DNA from: Vicinamibacterales bacterium
GTDB lineage: Bacteria; Acidobacteriota; Vicinamibacteria; Vicinamibacterales; UBA8438
Assembly (NCBI GenBank): GCA_965216615.1
Contig: CBDCGH010000013.1
Span: 6,307 to 70,306 of the forward strand
Direction of reading: 5' to 3'
Length of the DNA stretch: 64,000 nucleotides
A model generated the notes under the pieces. That model saw nothing but the letters and a program-made list of their open reading frames with translations. It was not told where the DNA came from and ran no database searches. The translations under genes were made by a program, and so were the position numbers. Position 1 is the first letter of the stretch. Every line of letters begins with the position of its first letter. Shown piece by piece: positions 38,703 to 48,706 of this stretch.

Positions 38703-40166
38703 TCACACGAACTGGTACTCGGATGACGCCGCCAGCAAATGGACGAGGCCTGAGGATTTTGTCGTGACTTGCGACTGCGATCCCGTCCACCCGCCACCCG
38801 ACTCGAGGTACTCGATCAGCGTGGCGCGCACGTCGCTGTTGAGGTCCGGCAGGGTTAGCTGATCAAGGAAGTGATCGAGAAACGAGGCCGGACTGGCTGC
38901 TGCGCCGAGCGCGGGCCCGGCGATGGCAATGCGCTGATTCTCAGCGAGCGCAGCTGCAAAGTTCATTCGCGCCAGCATCGTGCCAGTCGAGAACCAGGCG
39001 GGGCCGAGTGACCAGCCGGACACGTCAGGCGGCTCGAAGAGCGTCTGCCCCATGTTGGCCATCGGAACCGTGGCGGCGCCGGCCGAGAACCCGGTCCACC
39101 CGACCTCTCGGATCATGCGGGCCACCAGCTCGACCGGCCACGAGTAGCGTGCCCAGTGATTCGCCTGGTCGTGAAACGCATCAGACAGCAGCAGCGCCCG
39201 AACAACCTCTCGCATGTTGAAGTTGGTCGCGTAGTACGTGGCCGACAGCTGTTGCACGAGCGCCTCATCCGGCGGGTCGAACTCGTTCACGAAGAACGCG
39301 TACAGCTTCCGCGCCAGTCTCGGGCCAGTTTCGGGGTGGCGGACCAGCGCACCGATAAGGTCGTGGCCATCTTGCATGCCGATCAGCATTGGACGCGCCG
39401 GAATAGTCCGTCCCCCGTCTGCGTAGATCGGAAAGCTGAAGGTCTTGGGCTCGACATCGTGCTGTCGCTGGTTGTAGAAGAAACCGGCGTAGCGCTCGCG
39501 TCGATCCTCTCGATCCCGTCCAAGCGGGCGGAGATTCCAGCCCGTGAACACCCGCGCGCCTTCGTGGACGTCCGATTCGGTAAAGGTGTCCACGCCGATC
39601 GTGAACAGCTCCATCAGCTCGCGCGCATAGTTCTCTTGTGGCTTCTCCTTGGTATTGGTGTTGCCATCCAGCCAGGCCACCATCGCCGGATCCTGCGACA
39701 CGGTCCGCAGGAGCTCCTCGAAGTTGCCGAGCGCCAGGTCGCGGAAAACCTCGAGCTGACCGCGCAGGCCAGGAAAGTCGCGATTAGGCTTCGCGGCTAG
39801 CGCGCGCGACGCGGCCGGAGCGCCCAGTTGGCCAGCGATCTTGCCGAAGCCCGTTGCGAAGTGGTTGTGCCAGAACAGCGCCATCTTTTCCTGGAGTGGC
39901 CGCTGCGTGTGCACGAGGCGAAACAGCCAGCGCTGTCTGGCGTCTGAGATCCGGTAGTCCGGCTCGAAAGGTCCGCGCGATGTCGTCCCGAGGTACCCCG
40001 GAGTGCCGATGTGATCATCCACATCGTCGGTAACAGATTCGTAATCGACGAGCTGAGCTACGGCACCCACGAGGCCGAGCTGATTCCATGATTCGGCATC
40101 AGCGGCGTTGAGACCGAAGCCGGCTCGCCTGAGCAAATGGGCGATGGCCGGGTCAAGATGCGACAT
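38703..40166 (-). CDS. DUF1800 family protein
   Basis: HLLRRAGFG, LQEKMALFWHNHF, ENYARELMELFTIG, ARVFTGW, PPDVSGW. Confidence 0.92.
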   Translation of the reverse strand: MSHLDPAIAHLLRRAGFGLNAADAESWNQLGLVGAVAQLVDYESVTDDVDDHIGTPGYLGTTSRGPFEPDYRISDARQRWLFRLVHTQRPLQEKMALFWHNHFATGFGKIAGQLGAPAASRALAAKPNRDFPGLRGQLEVFRDLALGNFEELLRTVSQDPAMVAWLDGNTNTKEKPQENYARELMELFTIGVDTFTESDVHEGARVFTGWNLRPLGRDREDRRERYAGFFYNQRQHDVEPKTFSFPIYADGGRTIPARPMLIGMQDGHDLIGALVRHPETGPRLARKLYAFFVNEFDPPDEALVQQLSATYYATNFNMREVVRALLLSDAFHDQANHWARYSWPVELVARMIREVGWTGFSAGAATVPMANMGQTLFEPPDVSGWSLGPAWFSTGTMLARMNFAAALAENQRIAIAGPALGAAASPASFLDHFLDQLTLPDLNSDVRATLIEYLESGGGWTGSQSQVTTKSSGLVHLLAASSEYQFV

Positions 40167-40331
40167 CTACCACACTCCACGACGTCGGCAGGCTGATCTG
40201 GCATCAGGGTGCCCGGGAATCGTCGAGCCCCGTCGTGGGTACGGGTGGGCTCCCGACGATCCTCATCACATTTGGGTTAGACCAATAAAGGCGCCGCAAG
40301 GTTTAAACAGCGACGATGTTGCTGGGGAGGA

Positions 40332-41663
40332 TCAAACCTCGGTCCTGCCTTCGAACAGCTGCTGCGTGAGCTTCATTCCAGCGGTCTCGAGCTTGTCCGC
40401 ACACTGAGGCCGAACGCCAGTCGCCTGAAACGTCCCGCGGATCCTGCCAGTCTCGTCGATGCCCGTCTTCTCGAAACGGAAGATCTCCTGCATGGTGATC
40501 ACATCGCCTTCCATACCGGTAATCTCCGAGATACTCGTAATCTTGCGCGACCCATCGCTGAGGCGCGCCTGTTGCACGACGATGTTGATCGCAGCCGCGA
40601 TCTGCTGGCGCATGGCCTTGTCGGGAAGCGACACGTCGCTCATCGCGATCATCGTCTCGATCCGATTGAGGGCGTCGCGAGGAGTGTTCGCGTGAACGGT
40701 GGTCAGAGATCCGTCATGACCGGTGTTCATGGCCTGCAGCATGTCCAACGCCTCGCCACCTCGGACCTCACCGACCACGATGCGATCGGGTCGCATCCGT
40801 AGCGCGTTAATGACAAGTTGCCGTTGTGGTACCGCACCTTTGCCTTCGACGTTGGCCGGTCGCGTTTCCAATCTCGCGACATGCACCTGATGCAGCTGCA
40901 GCTCCGCCGCGTCCTCAATCGTCACGATCCGCTCCGTGTGGGAGATGTACCCGGACAGGATGTTGAGGAGGGTCGTCTTACCCGAACCGGTTCCCCCGCT
41001 GACGAGGCAGTTCAGTCGAGCCGCGACGCAGCAGCTCAGGAATTCCATCATCGGTGCGGTCAAGGCTTTCAGCTCGACCAGGTTCTCAGCCTTGAGTCGC
41101 TCGGCCGGGAAACGGCGGATCGACAGGAGAGGACCGTCTACGGCCAGCGGGGGAATAATGGCGTTGACTCGCGACCCGTCCTTCAAGCGAGCGTCGACCA
41201 TTGGCGTGACCTCGTCCACGCGCCGGCCAACGGCACTCACGATGCGATCGATGATCCGCATCAGATGCTTGTCGTCTTGGAACGCGCCCGGGACACGCTC
41301 GAGCTTGCCTCGGCGCTCGACGAAGACGTACTCCCAAGTGTTCACCAGAATATCGTTGATCGTGTTGTCGCGAAGGAGCGGCTCGATGGGACCCAGCCCA
41401 AAGACCTCGTCCAACACATCACCAACGATCGCATCGCGCTCGTTGTCTGAGAGCGACGCACCGGCATCGCTAATGAGGGCGTTGATGACCGCTCGAATCT
41501 CGCCCTCGGCCACACTTCGTTCCGTCATGGCCAAGGTTTCGAGGTTGAGCCTCGAAAGCAGTTGTCGCTGGATGCTACTCTTGAGACGGAGGTACTCTTC
41601 GTGCTTCACCCCTGCCGCGGCAGGGACCGTTTCATTCACGTCGGCGGGGAGCGGAAGCGCCAT
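40332..41663 (-). CDS. cpaF: Tad/Flp pilus assembly ATPase CpaF/TadA
   Basis: [47 protein letters not shown]. Confidence 0.93.
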   Translation of the reverse strand: MALPLPADVNETVPAAAGVKHEEYLRLKSSIQRQLLSRLNLETLAMTERSVAEGEIRAVINALISDAGASLSDNERDAIVGDVLDEVFGLGPIEPLLRDNTINDILVNTWEYVFVERRGKLERVPGAFQDDKHLMRIIDRIVSAVGRRVDEVTPMVDARLKDGSRVNAIIPPLAVDGPLLSIRRFPAERLKAENLVELKALTAPMMEFLSCCVAARLNCLVSGGTGSGKTTLLNILSGYISHTERIVTIEDAAELQLHQVHVARLETRPANVEGKGAVPQRQLVINALRMRPDRIVVGEVRGGEALDMLQAMNTGHDGSLTTVHANTPRDALNRIETMIAMSDVSLPDKAMRQQIAAAINIVVQQARLSDGSRKITSISEITGMEGDVITMQEIFRFEKTGIDETGRIRGTFQATGVRPQCADKLETAGMKLTQQLFEGRTEV

Positions 41664-41685
41664 GTTCTTCCTTGTTTAGGTCCTC

Positions 41686-42877
41686 TTAGAACAGCCCCAG
41701 GAACTGTCCCGGCTGTCGCACTGCCTCGGGTTTCTGTCCATCCGTCGTCATACCCGCTATCTTTCTCGTGAATCGGCCAAACTCCGCTGCAAGTTGAGTG
41801 TTATTTGTCGTCGTGAGAGGAACACCCGAGTTTAGGGCCTCCGAAACGGTCCGATAGTCGTTGGGAAACCCCTGGTCGACAGGGCGGCCAATCACTTCTT
41901 CGATCTGATCCGGAGCGAAGGCCGGGTTATCAGACATTCGGTTGAGCAGGACCCGAACGCGTTCGGGTCCTGCGCCCATGACACGAATGCGATCAACCAG
42001 TCGGCGCGTATTCCGAATCGATGCGACGTCCGGATTCGCCACGAGAAACACACCGTCTGCCGAGAAGATCGCCGCCCCGGCCGACGTGGAGTTCAGTCCG
42101 CCGGCATCGATGACCACGTATGCGTAGGACTGCGTCACGACGCGCAGTAGCTGTTCGACTCGCTCCAAGTCCTGCAGGTTGGGCCTGTCGAGCTGCTCAG
42201 ATCCCGCCATGATGTCCAGGCCGGTCTTGTGCGTCGCAACCAGCTTCTTCAAGAAGACCGCATCAAGACGGTCAACGCTGTCCAACGCATCTATGATGCT
42301 GAACCGCGGTCGGACGCCAAGAAACAGCCCCACCTCCCCGATGAACGGGTTCAAGTCGAGGATCAGCGTTGGCTGCTTGGTGAGTCTGGCGAGCTCGGTC
42401 GCGCAGTTCACCGCGAGAGTCGTCGTGCCCACCCCGCCTTTTGTTCCGAAGAACGATAAGACCCGCGACACCTGGCTGCCGTCAGGCGAATTCGCCTGCA
42501 ATCGTTCGTGCGTCTTGCGGATGCTCGCGTGAACGCCCTTGAGCGCGGCCTCAGGGGGACTGGCGTTGCCCGTTGGCCAGGCGCGCGACAAACTCGTTGG
42601 CCCCTGCCCGCATCGCTGCAAGGATGTGATCGGGCTGCGATTCTGACGCGACGGCGATGATCGTTGCGCTTGGCCAGCACAGCCGGATCTCCTCGACCCT
42701 GCCCCATCCAGCGGACGCCCGACCATCGACAAGCGCGATCGCTGGTGAGGGCTTCGAGGGGTCAACCGTCGCCGCGTCATCGACGCCGATGGGAACGCCA
42801 CTGGCCCGCACCAGGTCAGACGCAGCTGAGCGGAACTCAGAATCTTCGGTCACAATCACTGCAGAAAGCTGGGCCAT
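41686..42877 (-). pseudogene. cpaE: CpaE/TadZ (receiver-like plus MinD-like ATPase), frameshifted near 42585
   Basis: Receiver-like ORF 42551..42877 (ILAAMRAGANEF) and ATPase ORF (GTKGGVGTTT). Removing 4 nt (gcgc) restores EFVAWPTG. Confidence 0.82.
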
Positions 42878-42914
42878 AACGACTGTCGGACTCCTTCGGG
42901 CCGACTACTATCTC

Positions 42915-43088
42915 TTAGAACCCCGCGCCCATCGGCGTCCACGTGCCGATTGACGCCAACGCGCCGATCGAGACAAGCGTAATGAGCGACCCCAGGAGTG
43001 CGTACTCGATCAGTTCCTGTCCCCCCTGATCACGAAACAATGACCTTGGCCTTTTCGTCAGGAGCTGGAGATACAGCGCGACTCTCAT
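42915..43088 (-). CDS. flp: Flp/Fap type IVb pilin (57 aa)
   Basis: Translated by hand: MRVALYLQLLTKRPRSLFRDQGG|QELIEYALLGSLITLVSIGALASIGTWTPMGAGF*, containing the Flp motif G-xxxx-EY. Confidence 0.85.
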   Translation of the reverse strand: MRVALYLQLLTKRPRSLFRDQGGQELIEYALLGSLITLVSIGALASIGTWTPMGAGF

Positions 43089-43118
43089 TGCGGGCCTCTT
43101 CGGCGATATGTGTCAGAG

Positions 43119-43133
43119 GCAACGGCTGTGCCA
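43119..43133 (-). promoter_or_regulatory. Sigma54 (-24/-12) promoter of flp
   Basis: TGGCAC-agccg-TTGC on the minus strand, about 30 nt upstream of the flp ATG. Confidence 0.75.
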
Positions 43134-43530
43134 TCGGCACATTGCGCAGGTCAGGCTAGGCCGTGGTGCGCAGAAACGTTACTGAGATGGACCCCGGCAG
43201 CGACAGATTTCGTGGCCAATGGGTCTCGCCACCGATCATTCGGAGGATCCGGCCACGGTGTTCTTCCGATCTCTGCACGTGAGGGCGCGAGACGGTCCGA
43301 TTCGGCACCGGAACAGTTCCGTAAACCTAGCGACACCTCTGTCGGCCGCCAGAGCTCCGAAAAGCGGAGGCCGATCGTGGACGCGTCTCATGGCAGCGCC
43401 CAAGTAACGACAAATGTGACACTTAACGCGCGGTGTCGAAATCCGGGATCGTGGGTACGTCGCTTGCGACTAGCTCTGACCAGGACCGATTTGTGGCCCG
43501 CCACAGTCGAGCCCTACCCGAGTACTCTGA

Positions 43531-46500
43531 ATGCCGCGCGTTCTAGCCATCGAGCCGAACTCAGAACGAGGCGCCACGCTGCAAGGTGCCTTGACTGAAC
43601 ACGTTGCCGACGTCTTGGTTGTCGACTCGAACACCTCGGCCATCGAGGTGCTGCGAGCAGACACTCCAGACCTCATTCTTCTGTCCTCGCTGCTGTCTCC
43701 GGCCGACGAGGACATGCTCTTCGATGTCTTGCGCGAGCTTCCTCACGCAGAACACGTACAGACCCTCCACATCCCACAACTGCGGACGTCTGGGAAATCG
43801 CAGCGTCGGTCGAAGTTCTCGCTCTTCCGCAGTCGGCAGGACGGCGAGGGCACGAACGGCTGCAGTCCTGAGATCTTTGCGCGGGAGGTACTCGACTATC
43901 TCGATCGTGCCTCTGCTCTGAAGCTAGAGGTCGGACAGGAACCGACCGAGGCGGTGATGGCACCCGCCACTCCGGGCGCTCCCCGTGATGCGGAGGAGTC
44001 CGGCGCCTCCTTCGAGGCCGCCGAGATTGCCGAGCCTGTCGTAGCCGATACGGTGGGCCTCATGAACCTCAGCGAGGCCGCTGGAGCCGATGGTGAAGGA
44101 CCGTCCATTTGGCTGGAAACGGCGGTTGACGACGCCCCGCCCGGAGACAACGGGGACAAGGCAGGTGAGATCGCCGCCATTCGTCGTGAGGTCGAGGCCA
44201 AGCGAGACGAGGACGTTCGCCAAGCTCGAGAATCCGCGGCCGCCGAGGCGGCCGAGGCGCTGGCCCGAGTCCGTGCTGAGGCAGAGCAGCGGGTCGCGGA
44301 GGAAGTTGCCGCCGCGGAGTCCGCGGCCGAAGAGCGTCAGCACGTGGAGCTCGCGCGAATCCGTGACGAAACCGAACGCGCCTACGCCACCGAGCTCGAG
44401 AGGGCCCGATCAGAGGCCGCGCAGCACCACGCAGAGGAAATGGCGAAGGCTCAGGCTGACAGCGAGCGTCTCCGCCAGGAGGCATCCAACGAAGCACGTG
44501 CTGCGGCGGAGGCTGAAGCCCGATCGTTGGAGGCTGAGCTCGAGCACGTGCGCTCGGAGTCGGAGGGCCGCCTGACGCGCGAGGTCGAACGTGTGCGATC
44601 AGAGGGGGAAGCCGCGCGGGCAGTCGAGCTGGCCGAAGTCGAAGCGCGAGCGGAAGGCGAACGAGAAGCGGCACTGCAAGAAGCCCAGACGGCGGCCGAA
44701 GCCGCCTCCGCCAAGGCCCTGGAGGAGGAGCTCGCCCGACTGCGTGAAGAGAGCGAGCAACGTCTCGCCGATGAGCTCGACCGGGCACGCAAAGAAGCAG
44801 ACGAGGCCCACGCCGCCATCGAGGCTGAGGCCGAGGCCCGCGCCAAACAGATTCGAGAGGAAACCACCAAGGAAGTCCTCGCGACTGCAGAGGCCGACGC
44901 CCAGCAAGCCCTCGAGGAGAAGGTGGCCAGACTGAAGGCCGAGCACGATGCCAGGTTGGCTGAGGAGGCCGAGCGCGTACGGGCTGAATCCGCTCAGGCG
45001 CTCGCCGAAGTCGAAGCGCGAGCGGCGGCCGAGCGAGAGGCAGCGCTTCGCGACGCCCAGGCGGCCGCAGAAGCCGCCTCCGCCGAAGCCTTGAACGACG
45101 AGCTCGCTCGACTTCGTGAAGAAAGCGAGCAGCATCTCGCCGACGAACTCGAGCGGGCACGCAAAGAAACCACCAAGGAAGTCCTCGAGACTGCAGAGGC
45201 CGACGCCCAGCGAGCTGTCGACGAGAAGGTAGCCCGACTGAAGGCCGAGCACGAGGCGCGCCTGACTGAGGAAGCCGAACGGGTGCGGATCGAGTCCGAG
45301 CAAGCGCTCGCGAGCCAGCTGGCCGAGGCCAACCTGAAGGCCGAGCATGAGCGTCAGGAAGCCGAGCGCGCGGCGCGAGAGGCAGCCGAGGTCGAATCAC
45401 GCAAAGCGCTTGAGCAGGAGCTGTCCCAGCTGCGCGAGGACGGCAAACGACATCTCGCCGAAGAGCTCGCGCGCGCGCGAAAAGAATCCGAAGACACGCA
45501 CGCCAAGATTCTCGCCGAAGCTGAGTCGAGGGCTCGGCAGATTCGGGAGGAAACGCGGGATGAGGTACTCGCAGGCGCCGAGCTCGACACGCAGAAGGCG
45601 CTCGAGGAACGGATCTCACGTCTCACGGCGGAGAACGACACTCGACTCGCCGAGCAGGCCGAGCGCGTGCGCGCAGAGGCCGAAGACTCACTGGCTGCGC
45701 AGTTGACTGCCGCTAATGCGCAGGCGGAACAGGAGCGGCAGGATGCCGTTCAGGCGGCACGGGAAGCCGCCGAGTCGGCCGCGAACGACCGTCTCGCCGA
45801 GGAGGTCGCGCGGGTCCGACAAGAAGGTGAGCGCACCCTCGAAGACGCCCTAGCGGCGTCAAAAGCCGAGGCTGACCATCTGCGCGAAAAGGCAACCGGC
45901 GACGCGCGCGCGTCGGCCGAAGCCGAGGCCGGCGCGCGTTTCAAAGCGGAGTTAGCCCGAGTCAGATCGGAAGCCGAAGAGCAGCTCGCTGATGAGCTTG
46001 AGCGCGCCAGGCAAGAGGCCGAGGACATTAGGAAAGCCGAACTCGCCGAGGCAGAATCGTCGGCGGAGAGCCAGCGGCGAATTGCCCTGCTAGCCGCTCG
46101 AGAGGCCGCGAAGATCGAATCCGAGAAGGCACTGCAGGCCGAGCTCGCTCGAGTTGAGCAAGAACGACAAGACGAGCTGAGGGCCGAGCTCGACCGAGCC
46201 AAGCTTGACGCCGAGGAGCGGGCCCGACAGATCCGCGAAGAAACCAAAGCCGAGACGCTGGCCGCGGCGGAGGCCGAAGCCGAGCAGGCATTGAACGCCG
46301 AGCTGACCCGGCTCCAGCAGAAGAGCGACGAGCGACTTGCCGATGAGGTCGAGAGGGTCAAGAGCGAGGCCAACGAGTCACTGGCTTCCCAACTTGCGGC
46401 AGCGGCTGAAGAGGCCGATCGAGTTCGCGCCGAGGCTACACGGGAAGCTCGCGAAGTCGCTGAAGCCGCAGCCGGAAACGCCCTCCAGACCGAGATCGCG

Positions 46501-47232
46501 CGAGTCCGCGTCGAAACCGAGCGCACGCTGAGCCAGGGGCTGCTCAAGCTCCGGCAAGAAGAGGACGAGCGCCGGCGCCACGAGCTCTCTGAGATCACGG
46601 CCCAGGTCGCGCAGCTCAAGGACGCAGCCGCGGAACAGGCCAAGACGGCCGCGGCGGAAGCCCTGCAGGACGAGCTCGGACGCGTTCGGCAGCAGACGTT
46701 GGTCCAGGAGCGGGTCGTGAGGCTCGCGCCGCCACCCGTTGAGGCGGCCGTAGCGCCCGTCGCTCGCATAGAACCAACGGCGACCGATGATGACCAGGAG
46801 GCCCCGTCACCCGACTCAGATCCGGATGCGCCTCAGGACTACTACAGCCTCTGGAGGGGCGGTGACGAGGCGGAAGAGGCGAAGGTAGCAGAAGTAACTG
46901 AGGCGTCTGCGAATCGCGTGCGTCGGATTCTCTTTGGCGCCGGCGCGGCAGCCTGTATCGTGCTCGCCCTGTACCTAGGCATGGCCGGCGACCCCAGTGG
47001 CGACACCGGATACATCGTGATCGACGGGCCTCCGGGTGCCCAGGTCTGGGTGGAAGGTCAGCTCATCGGACAAACGCCGCTTCCCGACATTACCGCCGAA
47101 GTTGGCGCGCACGAGGTCATCGTCCGCCACCCCGAGGCCGGTGAAGTCCGCGAGACCGTGACCGTCGACACCGAGGCTCCGGCGGTCCTCCGACTGTCGC
47201 AGGACGACTCGGGCGACGACCCATCGCAGTAA
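43531..47232 (+). CDS. Large protein: receiver-like N-terminus, long Ala/Glu/Arg coiled coil, TM helix, C-terminal PEGA-like domain
   Basis: MPRVLAIE...PDLILL; roughly 850 aa of EELARLREE-type repeats; ILFGAGAAACIVLALYLG; PPGAQVWVEGQLIGQTPL...GAHEV. Confidence 0.75.
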   Translation: MPRVLAIEPNSERGATLQGALTEHVADVLVVDSNTSAIEVLRADTPDLILLSSLLSPADEDMLFDVLRELPHAEHVQTLHIPQLRTSGKSQRRSKFSLFRSRQDGEGTNGCSPEIFAREVLDYLDRASALKLEVGQEPTEAVMAPATPGAPRDAEESGASFEAAEIAEPVVADTVGLMNLSEAAGADGEGPSIWLETAVDDAPPGDNGDKAGEIAAIRREVEAKRDEDVRQARESAAAEAAEALARVRAEAEQRVAEEVAAAESAAEERQHVELARIRDETERAYATELERARSEAAQHHAEEMAKAQADSERLRQEASNEARAAAEAEARSLEAELEHVRSESEGRLTREVERVRSEGEAARAVELAEVEARAEGEREAALQEAQTAAEAASAKALEEELARLREESEQRLADELDRARKEADEAHAAIEAEAEARAKQIREETTKEVLATAEADAQQALEEKVARLKAEHDARLAEEAERVRAESAQALAEVEARAAAEREAALRDAQAAAEAASAEALNDELARLREESEQHLADELERARKETTKEVLETAEADAQRAVDEKVARLKAEHEARLTEEAERVRIESEQALASQLAEANLKAEHERQEAERAAREAAEVESRKALEQELSQLREDGKRHLAEELARARKESEDTHAKILAEAESRARQIREETRDEVLAGAELDTQKALEERISRLTAENDTRLAEQAERVRAEAEDSLAAQLTAANAQAEQERQDAVQAAREAAESAANDRLAEEVARVRQEGERTLEDALAASKAEADHLREKATGDARASAEAEAGARFKAELARVRSEAEEQLADELERARQEAEDIRKAELAEAESSAESQRRIALLAAREAAKIESEKALQAELARVEQERQDELRAELDRAKLDAEERARQIREETKAETLAAAEAEAEQALNAELTRLQQKSDERLADEVERVKSEANESLASQLAAAAEEADRVRAEATREAREVAEAAAGNALQTEIARVRVETERTLSQGLLKLRQEEDERRRHELSEITAQVAQLKDAAAEQAKTAAAEALQDELGRVRQQTLVQERVVRLAPPPVEAAVAPVARIEPTATDDDQEAPSPDSDPDAPQDYYSLWRGGDEAEEAKVAEVTEASANRVRRILFGAGAAACIVLALYLGMAGDPSGDTGYIVIDGPPGAQVWVEGQLIGQTPLPDITAEVGAHEVIVRHPEAGEVRETVTVDTEAPAVLRLSQDDSGDDPSQ
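44629..45310 (+). repeat. Internal direct repeats in the coiled-coil gene
   Basis: About 44629-44995 vs 45001-45310 share long near-identical blocks (gccgaagtcgaagcgcgagcgg; gaaaccaccaaggaagtcctcg; gactgaaggccgagcacga). Confidence 0.8.
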
Positions 47233-47250
47233 GGTCACCACTCCACCGAC

Positions 47251-48408
47251 TCACTCGACACCTCTCGCCGCGCTCGAGAGTACTTCGCGGTAGAGCCCCT
47301 CGTACTGCGGCACGACCGCGTCGACGCAAAAACGCTCGTGTACGGCCTTGAGCCCACCTGCAACGATTCGCTCGTGGAGCGATGGATCGGTCAAGAGCCG
47401 AATCCCGCTGTCCGCCATCGCCTGCAGGTCGTCCTCTGGGTGGAGAAACCCGGACAGGCCATGCTCGATGACCTCCGGCAGCCCGCCAACGCGAGAGGCA
47501 ACGACTGGCACCCCACAGGCCATCGCCTCGAGCGACGCGACACCGAAGCTCTCTTCAGCCGACGGCAGCAGAAACAGGTCGGCGATCGAGAGCAGGGGAA
47601 CGACTTGCTCCTGTTCACCGAGCGCGTCGACGTCCTCGGCGATCCCCCACTCGCGCGACACACGGCGGGCAAGGGGCAAGTCGGGTCCATCTCCGACCAA
47701 TAGCAGGCGCGCCTTGGTATGTTCGCGAATCCGCCGGAACACATCAAGAACCGCGTCAACTCGTTTGACCGGCCGAAAATTCGAGACATGGATGACCAGT
47801 TTCGTGTCGGGATCGCCAGAACGGTATCGCGACGCCACCCGTGCGTCGGAGAGTCGGCGATGCTGCTGGCAGTCGAGAAAATCCGGAATCACGCGAATGT
47901 CGGCCGTGACCGCAAACTGCCGAAAGGTGTCCTGGCGGAGACTGTCGGATACGGCAGTGACACCGTCGGATTGGTTGATGGAAAACGCGACGGTCTCCGA
48001 ATACGACGGATCGCTGCCGATCAGCGTGACATCGGTACCGTGCAGTGTCGTGATCACCCTCGGAACGTGCGCCCGACCGGTCGCCGACAGAATCTGACGC
48101 GCGAGGTAGGCAGCTACCGCGTGAGGAATCGCGTAGTGGGCATGGATGACGTCCAGCTGAAACTCGCGGGAGACCTCGACGAGCTTGTTCGCGAGCGACA
48201 ACAGATACTGGGGCTCGCGGAACAGCGGATAGCCAGGCGTCTTGACTTCGTGAAAGACAAGCCCCGCCTGGAACTCGCCGAGCCGAAACGGCGGATCGGT
48301 GCTAATGAGGCGAACCTGGTGCCCACGTACAGCGAGTGCTTTGGCGAGCTCGGTTGCAACTATCCCGCTGCCACCGACGGAGGCATAGCACACGATGCCG
48401 ACGTTCAT
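47251..48408 (-). CDS. bshA: N-acetyl-alpha-D-glucosaminyl L-malate synthase
   Basis: GIVCYASVGGSGIVATEL, HAHYAIPHA, TTLHGTD, SNFRPVKR, ESFG..SLEAM. Confidence 0.9.
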   Translation of the reverse strand: MNVGIVCYASVGGSGIVATELAKALAVRGHQVRLISTDPPFRLGEFQAGLVFHEVKTPGYPLFREPQYLLSLANKLVEVSREFQLDVIHAHYAIPHAVAAYLARQILSATGRAHVPRVITTLHGTDVTLIGSDPSYSETVAFSINQSDGVTAVSDSLRQDTFRQFAVTADIRVIPDFLDCQQHRRLSDARVASRYRSGDPDTKLVIHVSNFRPVKRVDAVLDVFRRIREHTKARLLLVGDGPDLPLARRVSREWGIAEDVDALGEQEQVVPLLSIADLFLLPSAEESFGVASLEAMACGVPVVASRVGGLPEVIEHGLSGFLHPEDDLQAMADSGIRLLTDPSLHERIVAGGLKAVHERFCVDAVVPQYEGLYREVLSSAARGVE

Positions 48409-48675
48409 AGGCCGAACGACCGGTCGCGCTTGAGAGCTGCGTTCACGAAGAATCCGTCGGTGGCGGGATAGCGGCGCCCATTCTACACCGCTCCTGACGC
48501 CCGCGAGGCCCCCAGAGCCGAGCCGCGGCTCACGCTCCAGGCTCCCGACACCGATTACAGATCTGTACGACGCTGGGTGAGTTTGGGACCGAGACTCCTA
48601 TCGTAAAGCTCGGCGTCTTCTCGCATGTCGTTGATTCAACATGTGTTTATCACGAACTTCCAAACGGCGGAACGA

Positions 48676-48691
48676 TGGCAGCGGCATTGCT
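48676..48691 (+). promoter_or_regulatory. Sigma54-type promoter of the minor pilin cluster
   Basis: TGGCAG-cggca-TTGCT (GG-N10-GC). Confidence 0.6.
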
Positions 48692-48706
48692 GTCTCGATA
48701 CATGCC

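Noticed and set aside
42551-42553. TGA read-through (Sec) in cpaE or the other split genes
   Set aside because: The downstream halves lie in different frames, so these are indels and not recoded stops.
44200-46700. CRISPR array or mobile repeat
   Set aside because: The repeats are degenerate, in frame and encode a coiled coil; no repeat-spacer structure and no cas genes.
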